From positions 192,001-256,000 of the forward strand of contig CAWHDZ010000011.1 in the NCBI GenBank assembly GCA_963828255.1: a DNA stretch of 64,000 bases, read 5' to 3'. Origin of the DNA: an uncultured delta proteobacterium (GTDB taxonomy: Bacteria; Myxococcota; Myxococcia; Myxococcales; Anaeromyxobacteraceae). The translations under genes were made by a program, and so were the position numbers. Positions 20,718 through 32,371 of the stretch are shown here, one piece after another. The notes beneath the pieces are model-generated. The model searched no databases, was not told where the DNA came from, and was given only the letters and a program-made list of their open reading frames with translations. Position 1 is the first letter of the stretch. The number at the start of each line of letters is the position of its first letter.

Positions 20718-21806
20718 TCACCCGTAGGCGTCGAAGGTCCCGCAGCGGGGGCAGCGCCAGCTCCGCACCGCCGCGCCGCCACCGCAGCGCCGGCAGCGCA
20801 GGAGCCCCGCGCTGCGCAGCAGCGCCGCGGCCATGAGGTCGTGCCTCCCGGCCAGCTCTCCCGGACCGGGCGGGGCCGCCCCCCGGAGGATCTCGCGCAG
20901 CGCCAGGGTCACCTCGCCGTCCTGGTCGCCGGCGAGTGCTTCCCGCAGCGGGGCCAGCGCCTCGGCCGACCGACCCGCCGCGGCGAGCAGCCGCCCACGC
21001 AGGGTGAGCAGCCGTGGGTCGCCGGGACGCATCGCGAGCGCGCGGTCGAGCGCCAGGGTCGCCCCGGCGGGGTCGAGCGCGGCGAGGGCCGGCCAGGAGA
21101 GCAGCGCCGACTCCGGCGCCGCGGCGAGCGCCCGCTCGAGCGCCTCCACCGCCCCCGCCCCGTCGCCGCCGGCGGAAAGGGCCTCGGAGAGCGCGATCAG
21201 CGCGTCGGCGTTCCCCGGGTCCACCTCCACCGCCTCCCGCGCCGCGGCGAGCGCGGCGGACGGATCCTCGTCGCGAAGCCCCCGGCCCATCGCGGCGAGC
21301 AGGTGGGCCAGGAGCCGGGTGTCCGGGGCGCAGCGGTTCCGGTGGACCTCGACCGCCTCGGCGTGCCGCTTCTGGTCCACGAGGACGTCGCGCAGCCCGG
21401 CGGCGGCCAGCCCGTCACCCGCCTCCATGAGCTTGCGGTAGGCCCCGGCCGCGTCCTCCAGCATCCCGGCGCGCCGGTGGTCGTCGGCCAGCTCCCGCTC
21501 CACCTCGGCGCGGCGGCTGGCCGGGAGCCCGGGCCGGTGCAGCATGTTCCGGTGGAGGCGGATGGCCCGGGGAACGTCCCCCTCCCGCTTGAAGAGGTCG
21601 CCGAGCGCCAGGTAGGTCTCGATCGCCTCGGGGCTGGAGAGCCGGGCCGCGTCGGAGAGGGCCTCGATGGCGGCGTCCGGGTCGTCGGAGATCATCGACC
21701 GGACGCCCTTGAGATAGGCCCGCGCCTGCTCCCGCCTGCGGCGGAGCCGGTGGGCCAGGAACGCGGCCACCACGGCCAGCCCGACGGCGATGAGGAGCCA
21801 GTTCAT
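20718..21806 (-). CDS. LapB/YciM-like TPR protein with C-terminal CxxC-CxxC
   Basis: N-terminal TM, YLKGV...LALGDLFKREGDVPRAIRLH, CRRCG...WRCPRC. Confidence 0.8.
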   Translation of the reverse strand: MNWLLIAVGLAVVAAFLAHRLRRRREQARAYLKGVRSMISDDPDAAIEALSDAARLSSPEAIETYLALGDLFKREGDVPRAIRLHRNMLHRPGLPASRRAEVERELADDHRRAGMLEDAAGAYRKLMEAGDGLAAAGLRDVLVDQKRHAEAVEVHRNRCAPDTRLLAHLLAAMGRGLRDEDPSAALAAAREAVEVDPGNADALIALSEALSAGGDGAGAVEALERALAAAPESALLSWPALAALDPAGATLALDRALAMRPGDPRLLTLRGRLLAAAGRSAEALAPLREALAGDQDGEVTLALREILRGAAPPGPGELAGRHDLMAAALLRSAGLLRCRRCGGGAAVRSWRCPRCGTFDAYG

Positions 21807-21830
21807 TTGGACGCGCGGCCTTCGGCGCCC

Positions 21831-22322
21831 TCAGGCGCCGAAGCCGTCCCGGATCCTCTTCCAGCTCGTCTCGAGGTGCTCGACCATGACCTTGGTGTCG
21901 GCCAGCACCGGCATGAAGTTGGTGTCGCCGCCCCAGCGCGGAACCACGTGCCAGTGCAGGTGGTCGGCGATCCCCGCCCCCGCCACCTTGCCGAGGTTCA
22001 TGCCGACGTTCAGCCCCTCGGGAACGTAGGCGGCGCGGACCACCCCCACGGTGAGGCGCAGCTCGGCCTGGAGATCGGCGAAGTCGTCGGCGGGGAGATC
22101 CTCGAGCCGGGCCACGTGGGCGCGCGGCACCACCATGACGTGGCCGTTGTTGTACGGGAAGCGGTTCAGGATGGTGAAGGAGCGGGGCGAGCGGTGCACG
22201 ATCAGGTTCCGCCGATCGGCCTCCTCCCCCGCCTCGGCCGGGAAGAGGCAGAAGATGCACCCGGCTGGCTTCCCGGCCTGGATGAACTCCATCCGCCACG
22301 GCGCCCAGAGCGGCTTCTCCAC
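21831..22322 (-). CDS. HIT-family nucleotide hydrolase
   Basis: LWAPWR, CIFC, HLHWHVVPRW. Confidence 0.92.
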   Translation of the reverse strand: MEKPLWAPWRMEFIQAGKPAGCIFCLFPAEAGEEADRRNLIVHRSPRSFTILNRFPYNNGHVMVVPRAHVARLEDLPADDFADLQAELRLTVGVVRAAYVPEGLNVGMNLGKVAGAGIADHLHWHVVPRWGGDTNFMPVLADTKVMVEHLETSWKRIRDGFGA

Positions 22323-22333
22323 GATCCCTCCGC

Positions 22334-23437
22334 CTAGCGCGCCAGGAAGTAGACGCCCGGCCCTTCCGCCGTGTTTGACTGCCGGTGCATCTCGGCCCGC
22401 ATGGTCTCGGCCACGGTCTGGGCCACCCTCTGGGCCACTCCGCCCATCAGGTCCTCCAGGAAGCGGGCCCGGTCGTCTGGCGGGTAGACCAGGCGCGGCT
22501 CGCCGCGGATCTCGGCCAGCTCCTTGGCCAGGTCCACCGCGTCCTGGAAGCCGCCCAGCTCGTCGACCAGCCCCAGCTCGACCGCCTGCTCGCCGGTCAC
22601 CACCCGCCCGTCGGCGAACTTCTCCACCTGCTCGACCGGAAGGTCGCGCCCCTCGGCCACCGCCCGGATGAACTGGCGGTGGATGCGGTCGGCCAGCTCC
22701 TGCCAGTAGGCTCGGTCACTCGAAGTGAACTCACGGAAGGGGCTGCCGGCGTCCTTGAGCTTCCCGGAGGTGACGGTGTTCATCTCGACGTCGAATCGCT
22801 GCATCAGCCCACGGACGTTGGGGAACGCGCTGATCACCCCGATCGACCCGGTCAGCGTCCCGGGCTCGGCCACGATGCGGTCGCAGCCCATGGCCACGAG
22901 CAGGCCCCCCGAGGCGGCCAGGTTTCCCATGGCGCAGACCACCACCTTGTCCTCGGCCAGCCGTCGCAGCCCGTCCAGGATCTCCTGGCTCGTGCCCACC
23001 GCGCCGCCCGGCGAGTCGATGCGCACCACCACCGCCTTCATGTCGGAGTCGTCGCCGTAGCGCTTGAGGAGCTTCAAGAGCGGCTCGGACTCCACCGAGC
23101 CGCGCCCCATGCCGATGGGCCCCTTGATGTCCACCACGCCGATGCGCGGGCCGGAGGCGAGGCGCGGGGTCTCCCCCTTCACGGCGCCGTAGGCCAGCCA
23201 GAGGAAGGCGAAGAAGACCAGGAAGAGGCCGCCGAAGACGAAGAGCACCACCGCCAGCGCGGCCCGGTCGCGGCGCGGCGGGGGCTGGGGCGGCAGCGGT
23301 GGCTGGGCCCAGCCCGGAGGGGGCGGGCCCCAGGGTTGCTGCGCCCAGGGGGGCGGAGCAGCCGAGGCGGGCGGCGCGGCGGGGGCCTGCGTTGCGGGTG
23401 TGGTGGGCAGCGGTTCCGGGTTCTCGTTCTCGCTCAT
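22334..23437 (-). CDS. sppA: Signal peptide peptidase SppA (36K type)
   Basis: RIDSPGG, AASGG, TGSIGV, SGKLKD. Confidence 0.92.
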   Translation of the reverse strand: MSENENPEPLPTTPATQAPAAPPASAAPPPWAQQPWGPPPPGWAQPPLPPQPPPRRDRAALAVVLFVFGGLFLVFFAFLWLAYGAVKGETPRLASGPRIGVVDIKGPIGMGRGSVESEPLLKLLKRYGDDSDMKAVVVRIDSPGGAVGTSQEILDGLRRLAEDKVVVCAMGNLAASGGLLVAMGCDRIVAEPGTLTGSIGVISAFPNVRGLMQRFDVEMNTVTSGKLKDAGSPFREFTSSDRAYWQELADRIHRQFIRAVAEGRDLPVEQVEKFADGRVVTGEQAVELGLVDELGGFQDAVDLAKELAEIRGEPRLVYPPDDRARFLEDLMGGVAQRVAQTVAETMRAEMHRQSNTAEGPGVYFLAR

Positions 23438-23600
23438 GACCGCCGGAGAAGACCACGGGCCGCCGGGAGCCGCAACTGATCGCGAAAGCGAAACGCGCAC
23501 CGGCGCCAGGGGCGACCGATGCGCGTTCACCGTCCCTTCCGACCACACCCGGATGAGGCGGTGCGGTGGGAGGTTCTTCCGCCGGCCGAAGCCGGCGGTG

Positions 23601-25313
<1,713 letters not shown>

Positions 25314-25482
25314 TTTGATTGGAACCCGGTCCTTTGGGCTTGGGCCGGCGGGGCGTGGCGTGAACCGCGCTCCTGGGTTGCCGGCGAAAGCAGCGACGCC
25401 CCCTTTGTTGGCCTGAGCCGCTTCCCCGGGGATCGAGGGACTCGACGGGTCACCGGGACGCTCCCGGCGACGAAGGCGAGGC

Positions 25483-25511
25483 AAGCTACACGGGCGGGAT
25501 CACTGCGTCAA
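25483..25511 (-). promoter_or_regulatory. Sigma70 promoter of rpsA overlapping the ispH 3' end
   Basis: TTGACG-17 nt-TAGCTT, giving a leader of about 160 nt. Confidence 0.7.
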
Positions 25512-26358
25512 GCATCGGCAGACCCTGCATGGCGCCCAGGCGGGCGGCCACCCCGTCGATGACCCAGTCCGGCGTGGAGGCGCCGGCGGAGACGCCCACC
25601 ACCGCGCACCCGTCGAACCACTCCGGACGGAGCTCCTCCTCCGTCTCCACGTGCCAGGTACGGGGCTGGATCTCCTTGCAGATCTCGGCCAGGTGGCGCG
25701 TGTTGGCGCTGTTCTTCCCGCCCACCACCACGACCGCATCCACCTCGGTGGCCAGCTGGCGGGCATCGGCCTGCCGCTCGTCGGTGTCGGCGCAGATGGT
25801 GTTCACCGCGCGGACCTCCTTGTGCCGAAGCGCCAGCGCGCCCACGACCCGCTCGAAATCCGCACCGATGCAGGTGGTCTGGGCGATGACGGCGACCTTC
25901 TTGGCGTCGATGGGGGGGATCTCGGCGCCGGGCTTCACCACGGTGCAGGGCCCCGTCCCGTAGCTCACCACGCCCTTCACCTCGGCGTGGTTGGGGTCGC
26001 CCACGATGACGAGGTGGTAGCCCTGGTGCGAGAGGCGCTGGGCCATGGCCTGCGGATACTTCACGTAGGGGCAGGTCCCGTCCACGACCTCCAGCCCCCG
26101 CTCCCGGGCCGCATCGAGTTCCGGCTTCACGGCGCCGTGGGTCCGCACCACCACGGTGGTCCCGGCCTCCACCTCGGCGACGCGCTCGACCGTGCCCACG
26201 CCCATCTGGCGGGTGCGGGACACGAACTGCGGGTTGTGGATGATGGGGCCGAGGGTGACCACCGGCGCCTGCCGCTCGCGGGCGACGTCCATGAGCTGAT
26301 CGACGGTTCGCCGGACACCCCAGCAGAATCCCGCCGTCTTCGCGACCTTGACGTGCAT
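25486..26358 (-). CDS. ispH: 4-hydroxy-3-methylbut-2-enyl diphosphate reductase
   Basis: AGFCWGV, IIHN, TCPYV, HAEV, NTIC, NSAN, SAGASTP. Confidence 0.95.
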   Translation of the reverse strand: MHVKVAKTAGFCWGVRRTVDQLMDVARERQAPVVTLGPIIHNPQFVSRTRQMGVGTVERVAEVEAGTTVVVRTHGAVKPELDAARERGLEVVDGTCPYVKYPQAMAQRLSHQGYHLVIVGDPNHAEVKGVVSYGTGPCTVVKPGAEIPPIDAKKVAVIAQTTCIGADFERVVGALALRHKEVRAVNTICADTDERQADARQLATEVDAVVVVGGKNSANTRHLAEICKEIQPRTWHVETEEELRPEWFDGCAVVGVSAGASTPDWVIDGVAARLGAMQGLPMLDAVIPPV

Positions 26359-26413
26359 CAATTCGTCTCCCGGACCCGGTATAACCGTCTCCGCCCGGCG
26401 GGTCCAGCCGGAC

Positions 26414-27136
26414 TCAGGCGGATCCGGCCCGTGCGGCGACGCGCGCCAGGACCACCTCGGCGAGCCGCTCGACCACCTCGTCGAGCGAGACCCCCCCGGT
26501 GTCCACGGTCACCGCGTCATCGGCGGCGCGCAGGGGCGCCACGTCCCGGGAGCTGTCGTCCCGGTCTCGCTTGCGCTGGTCGGCCAGCACCGCCTCGAAC
26601 GCCTGCGGATCTCCCTTGGACTGCAGCTCGACGAATCGCCGGCGCGCCCGGACCTCGTCGGCGGCGGTCAGGAAGAACTTGGCGTCGGCGTCGGGGAAGA
26701 CCACCGTCCCGATGTCCCTCCCCTCCAGCACCGCCCCGCGGTTCCCGGGGGCCGTGGCGAGCCGCCGCTGGAGCTCGAGCAGCCCCGCCCGCACCACCGG
26801 CCGGGCCGACACGGCGCTCGCGCCCAGCGACATGGGGGGAGTCCGGATGGCCTGCGAGACGTCCTCGTCTCCGATGAACACCCGCTGCCCCTCCGCCTCG
26901 GCGCCGGGCGGGGCCGGCTCGAAGCGGATGCGGACCGCGGGGAGGAGCGCGCCGAGCCGGGCATCGTCGTCGAAGGCGACCCCACCCCGGCTCGCGGCCA
27001 GTGCGACGGCACGGTAGATGGCGCCGGTGTCGACCATGGCGAAACCGAGTCGCGACGCCAGCCTCCGCGAGGTGGTGCTCTTTCCCGCGCCCGCCGGGCC
27101 GTCCACCGCCACGATGAACGGCCGGCGCGCCGTCAC
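26414..27136 (-). CDS. cmk: Cytidylate kinase
   Basis: VDGPAGAGKST, DTGAIYRA, EGRDIGTVVFPDA. Confidence 0.95.
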   Translation of the reverse strand: MTARRPFIVAVDGPAGAGKSTTSRRLASRLGFAMVDTGAIYRAVALAASRGGVAFDDDARLGALLPAVRIRFEPAPPGAEAEGQRVFIGDEDVSQAIRTPPMSLGASAVSARPVVRAGLLELQRRLATAPGNRGAVLEGRDIGTVVFPDADAKFFLTAADEVRARRRFVELQSKGDPQAFEAVLADQRKRDRDDSSRDVAPLRAADDAVTVDTGGVSLDEVVERLAEVVLARVAARAGSA

Positions 27137-28227
27137 CGCGCGAGGACCTTCCGGAGCGCGGCGAGCACCTTGAGGTTCTCGGCGTGGGTCCCGATGGTGA
27201 TGCGCTGCGCGGTGGGGAATCCGTAGCCCGCCACCGGCCGGACCACGACCGCCTCGCGGAGAAGGGCGTCGAAGAGCGCCATGCCCGGCCTGCCGGGGAA
27301 GTCGGCCAGCACGAAGTTGGCCTGCGAGGGGACCACCGTGGCCCCCAGCGCCCGGAGCCCGGCCTCGAGGAAGGGGCGCTCGCTCCGGACCAGCTGGCGG
27401 CTCAGGAGGACGTGCTCCTCGTCGTCGAGTGCGGCGACGCCGGCCGCCTGGGATACCAGGTTCACGTTGAAGGGAGCGCGCACGCGGTCGAGGTAGGCGG
27501 TGACCTCGGGCCGGGCGAAGGCGTAGCCGAGCCGCAGCCCGGCCATCCCGTAGATCTTCGAGAAGGTCCGCAGCACCACCAGGTTGGGGAAGCGCTTGCG
27601 CAGCGAGAGCGCGTCCTGGAAGCCCTCGGCCTCGACGAACTCGACGTACGCCTCGTCGAGCACCACCAGCGTGTCGGGGGAGACCGCACCCAGGAAGCGG
27701 AGCAGCTCGTCCTCGAGGAACCAGGTACCGGTGGGGTTGTCGGGGTTGGCGAGGAAGACCACCTTGGTCCGCGGGGTTAGCCGGGCGCGGATGGCGTCGA
27801 GGTCGTAGTGGAAGACGTCCTTCATGGGCGCCTCCGAAAGGGTCCGCCCGTGGGCGTGGGCGGCGAGCTTGTAGGCCACGAAGCTCTTCGCGCTGGTGAG
27901 CACCTCCTCGCCCTCGAGGACGAAGGTGCGCACGAGGAGCTCGATGAGCTCGTTCGAGCCGTTGCCGACCAGGATCTCCTCGACCGGGACCGAGAAGCGC
28001 CGCGAGAGGGCCCGCTTGAGGAGGAAGGCGCTGCCGTCCGGGTAGAGGTGGATGCGGGAGCAGGCCTCCCGGGCGGCGCGGAGCGCCAGCGGGGAAGGGC
28101 CGAGCGCGTTCTCGTTGGAGGCCAGCTTGGCGACGTCGGTGACGCCGTATTCCCGCTCCACCTCCTCGATGGGCTTGCCCGGGACGTAGGGCTGGAGCGA
28201 CGCGACGTGCGGAGGGACGAGGGCCAC
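27133..28227 (-). CDS. hisC: Histidinol-phosphate aminotransferase
   Basis: KLASNEN, NPDNPTG, DEAY, RTFSKIYGMAGLRLGY. Confidence 0.95.
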   Translation of the reverse strand: MALVPPHVASLQPYVPGKPIEEVEREYGVTDVAKLASNENALGPSPLALRAAREACSRIHLYPDGSAFLLKRALSRRFSVPVEEILVGNGSNELIELLVRTFVLEGEEVLTSAKSFVAYKLAAHAHGRTLSEAPMKDVFHYDLDAIRARLTPRTKVVFLANPDNPTGTWFLEDELLRFLGAVSPDTLVVLDEAYVEFVEAEGFQDALSLRKRFPNLVVLRTFSKIYGMAGLRLGYAFARPEVTAYLDRVRAPFNVNLVSQAAGVAALDDEEHVLLSRQLVRSERPFLEAGLRALGATVVPSQANFVLADFPGRPGMALFDALLREAVVVRPVAGYGFPTAQRITIGTHAENLKVLAALRKVLAR

Positions 28228-28233
28228 GCGGTT

Positions 28234-29205
28234 CTAGCCCTCGACGGTGAAGACGCCCATGGCCCGGAACTTCTGGTAGCGCTGGCGCACCAGCTGCTCG
28301 GGGGTGAGCGCCTTCAGATCTGCGAGCTGGCGCCGGATGGCGCCGGCCAGGTTCTCGGCGGTGAGCCTGGGGTCGCGGTGCGCGCCGCCGGGCGCCTCCT
28401 TGATCAGCTCGTCCACGATGCCGAAGCCGGCCAGGTCCTTGGCGGTCAGCTTGAGGTTCTCCGCCGACTTCTGGGCCTTGGAGGCGTCGCGGTAGAGGAT
28501 CGAGCTGCAGCTCTCGGGGGAGATGACCGAGTAGGTGGAGTACTCGAGCATGAGGATCTTGTTGGTCACTCCCAGTGCAAGGGCCCCGCCCGAGCCGCCC
28601 TCCCCGATGACGATGGAGATGGAGGGAACCCCGAGCGACGACATCACCTCGAGGTTCACGGCGATGGCCTCGGCCTGGCCGCGCTCCTCGGCCCCGATGC
28701 CGGGGTAGGCGCCGGGGGTGTCGATGAAGGTGATGAGCGGCCGGCGGAACCGGTCGGCCATGTCGTAGAGCCGGCGCGCCTTGCGGTACCCCTCCGGCCG
28801 GGGCATGCCGAAGTTGCGCAGCATGTTCTCCTTGGTGCCGCGCCCCTTCTGCTCGCCGACGATCACCACCGGCTCGCCCTCGAAGCGGGCCAGCCCGGCC
28901 ACGATGGCGTGGTCGGCGCCGAAGCGGCGGTCCCCCTCCAGCTCCATCCAGTCGGTGAAGATCATCTGGAGGTAGTCGAGGGTGTAGGGACGGTTGGGGT
29001 GGCGGGCCAGCTGGACCACCTGCCAGCGGGAGAGATCGCGGAAGATCTCGGCCTGGAGCTTCTTGGCCTTGCGCTCCAGCTTGACGATCTCGTCGCTGAA
29101 ATCGACCCCGGCGCCGCCGGAGAGCTGCTTCAGCTCCTCGATCTTCGACTCGAGGGCGGCGAGGGGCTTCTCGAACTCTGTCGTGAACGGAACGCGGGTG
29201 GCCAC
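28234..29205 (-). CDS. accA: Acetyl-CoA carboxylase carboxyltransferase alpha subunit
   Basis: ARHPNRP, EGYRKA, IDTPGAYPG, GEGGSGGAL. Confidence 0.97.
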   Translation of the reverse strand: MATRVPFTTEFEKPLAALESKIEELKQLSGGAGVDFSDEIVKLERKAKKLQAEIFRDLSRWQVVQLARHPNRPYTLDYLQMIFTDWMELEGDRRFGADHAIVAGLARFEGEPVVIVGEQKGRGTKENMLRNFGMPRPEGYRKARRLYDMADRFRRPLITFIDTPGAYPGIGAEERGQAEAIAVNLEVMSSLGVPSISIVIGEGGSGGALALGVTNKILMLEYSTYSVISPESCSSILYRDASKAQKSAENLKLTAKDLAGFGIVDELIKEAPGGAHRDPRLTAENLAGAIRRQLADLKALTPEQLVRQRYQKFRAMGVFTVEG

Positions 29206-29237
29206 GGCGACCGCTTATAACACGAGGGAGCCGGGAA

Positions 29238-30152
29238 TCACGGCGCACTGCGCAACGCGCGGGAGAGGCCGGCGGCGTCGAACGGCGGCGCGAGCCACTC
29301 CACGTCCTGCTCCCGCCGCAGCCAGATCACCTGCCTTCGGGCGTACCGGCGGTGGTGGAGCGCGATGCGCGCGGCCAGCTCCCCGGCGTCGATCTCCCCC
29401 CGGGCGCAGGCCACCGCGTCGGCGTAGCCGATGGGCAGGCGCGGGAGCGGCTCCTGGAAGCGGGAGAGCAGCGCACGGGCCTCGTCCACGATGCCGCCGC
29501 CGGCCATGGAGAGGGCCCGCTCCCCGATGCGCCGGTGCAGCTCCTCGCGGGGGACGTCGAGGGCGAGCAGCCGGTAGCGGTAGCGCCGCGGCGCGAAGCG
29601 GTGGGCCTCGAAGAGCTCGCTCTGCGTGCGCCCGCCGGCCGCGATCTCCAGGGCGCGCACGATGCGGACGAGGTCGTTCTCCCGGATGCGCGCGGCGGCG
29701 CGCGGATCCACCTCGGCGAGCCTCCGGTGCAGCGCGGGGCGCCCGTGGACCTGCGCCTCCTCCTCGAGCCGGGTGCGCAGGGCCGGGTCCCTCCCGGGCG
29801 CGTCCACAACGCCGTGCAGGAGCGCCCGGACGTAGAGCCCCGTCCCTCCGACCACGACGGGGAGCCTTCCGCGCGCCGACACCTCGGCGATGGCCGCGTC
29901 GGCGAGCGCCACCCACCGGGCCGCGTCCATCCCCTCCCCGGGCTCGACGAGGTCGAGCAGGTGGTGGGGAACGGTGGCGCGCTCCTCGGGGGTGGGCTTG
30001 GCCGTGCCCACGTCGAGGCCGCGGTAGACTTGCTGGGAGTCGGCGTTCAGGATCTCGCCACCGGCGAGACGCGCGATCTCGACGGCGAGGCGGGACTTGC
30101 CCGAGGCGGTGGGGCCGGCCAGGACGGCGACGAACGGGAGGGAGGCCGGCAT
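29238..30152 (-). CDS. miaA: tRNA dimethylallyltransferase
   Basis: GPTASGKS, DSQQVYRGLDVGTAKP, GGTGLY, YARRQ. Confidence 0.95.
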   Translation of the reverse strand: MPASLPFVAVLAGPTASGKSRLAVEIARLAGGEILNADSQQVYRGLDVGTAKPTPEERATVPHHLLDLVEPGEGMDAARWVALADAAIAEVSARGRLPVVVGGTGLYVRALLHGVVDAPGRDPALRTRLEEEAQVHGRPALHRRLAEVDPRAAARIRENDLVRIVRALEIAAGGRTQSELFEAHRFAPRRYRYRLLALDVPREELHRRIGERALSMAGGGIVDEARALLSRFQEPLPRLPIGYADAVACARGEIDAGELAARIALHHRRYARRQVIWLRREQDVEWLAPPFDAAGLSRALRSAP

Positions 30153-30173
30153 GCCGGGGCCTTGTGCCCCGAC

Positions 30174-31427
30174 TCAGGCGGGGGTGGGACGGAAGCGCGC
30201 GGCGAGGTCGGAGAGCGCCACTGGCGTCTCCTCGCGCGTGACCATGTCCTTGAGCTTCGCCTGGCCGCTCGACGCCTCGTTGCCGCCGATGACCACGGCG
30301 TAGCGTGCGCCCACCCGCTCGGCCTGCTTGAACTGCCGGGCGAGCTTGCCCCCGCGCGCGTCGAGGTCGCAGGCCACCCCGGCACGGCGCAGGTCGGCGG
30401 CGCGGCGCATGGCCTCCCGCCGCCCGGCGTCGTCGGCCGAGACGAAGAAGACGACGGGGCGGGTCAACGGCACGGGCCGCCCGGCGGCCTCGAGGATGAG
30501 CGCGAGCCGCTCCTCCCCCATTCCGAACCCGATTCCGGGAGTGGGCGGCCCTCCCAGGGTCTCGACGAGGCCGTCGTAACGCCCTCCGCCGGCCACGGCC
30601 GACTGGGATCCCAGGGCGTCGCTGGTGAACTCGTAGGCGGTGCGGACGTAGTAATCGAGGCCGCGCACCAGGCGCGGGTTCACCTGGTAGGGCACGCCGA
30701 GGTCGTCGAGCCCCTGCCGGACCGCCTCGAAGTGGGCGCGGCAACCGTCGCAGAGCCGGGCGAGGAGCCGGGGCGCCTCGGCCAGCACCGGCTGGCAGGA
30801 GGGGACCTTGCAGTCGAGCACCCTGAGCGGATTGCGCTCGGTCCGCTCCCTGCAATCGGAGCAGAGGACGGCGCCGCGCTCGCGCAACCAGCCGCGCAGC
30901 TCCTCCAGGTAGGCGGGGCGGCAGGCCGCGTCGCCGACGCTGTTGACCTGCACCACCGGTGCGACCCCGAGCCTGCGGAACAGGTCGGCGAGCATGGCGA
31001 TCTGCTCCACGTCGACGTCCGGCTCGGCGATGCCGAAGGCCTCCACGCCGATCTGGTGGAACTGCCGGTAGCGCCCCTTCTGCGGCCGCTCGCGGCGGAA
31101 CATGGGGCCGACGTAGAACCACTTCTGCGGCCCTTCGACGTGGGCGCCGTGCTCGATGTAGGCGCGGACGGTCCCGGCGGTCCCCTCGGGACGGAGGGCG
31201 AGCTTCTCCTCCCCCTTGTCCTCGAAGACGTACATCTCCTTGTTGACGATGTCGGTCGCCTCGCCCACTCCGCGGGCGTAGAGGGCGTAGGGCTCGACGA
31301 CGGGCGTCCGGACCTCGCGGTAGCCATGCAGCGCGAAGACCTCGCGCGCCACCTGCTCGATCTCCTGCCAGCGGCCGACCGCCGCGGGCAGGATGTCGTT
31401 CATCCCCTTGACGCCGTTGATCTTCAC
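30174..31427 (-). CDS. hisS: Histidyl-tRNA synthetase
   Basis: LRPEGTA, FRRERPQKGRYRQF, RGLDYY, GGGRYD. Confidence 0.97.
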   Translation of the reverse strand: MKINGVKGMNDILPAAVGRWQEIEQVAREVFALHGYREVRTPVVEPYALYARGVGEATDIVNKEMYVFEDKGEEKLALRPEGTAGTVRAYIEHGAHVEGPQKWFYVGPMFRRERPQKGRYRQFHQIGVEAFGIAEPDVDVEQIAMLADLFRRLGVAPVVQVNSVGDAACRPAYLEELRGWLRERGAVLCSDCRERTERNPLRVLDCKVPSCQPVLAEAPRLLARLCDGCRAHFEAVRQGLDDLGVPYQVNPRLVRGLDYYVRTAYEFTSDALGSQSAVAGGGRYDGLVETLGGPPTPGIGFGMGEERLALILEAAGRPVPLTRPVVFFVSADDAGRREAMRRAADLRRAGVACDLDARGGKLARQFKQAERVGARYAVVIGGNEASSGQAKLKDMVTREETPVALSDLAARFRPTPA

Positions 31428-31459
31428 GCGGGCCGTTCTAGACCACGGTTCCGCAGCGG

Positions 31460-32311
31460 TCAAACCGCGCGGCCGCCGATGGCCTCGCCCACCCGGACCC
31501 GGGCGCCCGGCACGAGCCCGGGAGCGAAGGCCACCCGCCCCGGCTCGAAGAGCAGGATCACGGTGGAGCCCATCTCGAAGGCCCCGAGTTCCTGCCCCTT
31601 CGCGACCGGGATGGGCGTGGCGTAGTCCCTGGCCTGCGCCCCGGCCCCGGCCAGGTTCGTCACCGGGACCTCGGGGTCGTAGCTGGCCCGCACCCGCCCC
31701 ACCACGGTGGCCCCGACCGCCACGATGGCGACGAGCCCGAGCGGCGAGTCGAGCAGCGTGACCAGCCGCTCGTTCACCGTGAAGAGCCCGGGCACGTTCT
31801 TCACCGAGGCCGCGTTCACCGGCCAGAGCTTCCCCGGGACGTAGCGCCAGCCCAGGACGCGCCCGGGGAGCGGGAAGTGGATGCGGTGGTAGTCCCGCGG
31901 CGAGAGGTAGAGCGTGGCGTAGCGGCCGCCCTCGAGCCGCGCCCCCACCCGCTCGTCGCCCACCAGGGCCGACGCGGTGTAGTCGATGCCCTTGGCCTGG
32001 ACGAGCCTCCCGCCCTCGGCGACCCCGGCCTCGGAGACCAGCGCGTCCACCGGGGAGACCAACACGTCGTCGCCCGGGGCGACGGGGCGGAGCCCGGGAC
32101 GGAGCGGCCGGGCGAAGAACTGGCCGAAGGTCGCGAAGCCCCCGAGGTCGCCGCACTCGCCGAGGTCGATCCGGTAGCGGCGCGCGAAGGCGTTCATCAG
32201 CACCGGCCCGACCGGTCCGGGCAAGGGCAGCCGCGTGGCCGCCCCCACGACCCGGGAGAGGGCGTTCTTCGGGACGAGGCGGAGGGCGGCGATGAAGGCG
32301 CGTTCGTTCAC
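31460..32311 (-). CDS. psd: Phosphatidylserine decarboxylase
   Basis: [27 protein letters not shown] cleavage motif. Confidence 0.93.
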   Translation of the reverse strand: MNERAFIAALRLVPKNALSRVVGAATRLPLPGPVGPVLMNAFARRYRIDLGECGDLGGFATFGQFFARPLRPGLRPVAPGDDVLVSPVDALVSEAGVAEGGRLVQAKGIDYTASALVGDERVGARLEGGRYATLYLSPRDYHRIHFPLPGRVLGWRYVPGKLWPVNAASVKNVPGLFTVNERLVTLLDSPLGLVAIVAVGATVVGRVRASYDPEVPVTNLAGAGAQARDYATPIPVAKGQELGAFEMGSTVILLFEPGRVAFAPGLVPGARVRVGEAIGGRAV

Positions 32312-32371
32312 GGCCGGCCAGTGTATCCGACCCTCCGCGCGCGCGCCCTGGACTCGTGCTAGAGGCAGGGA

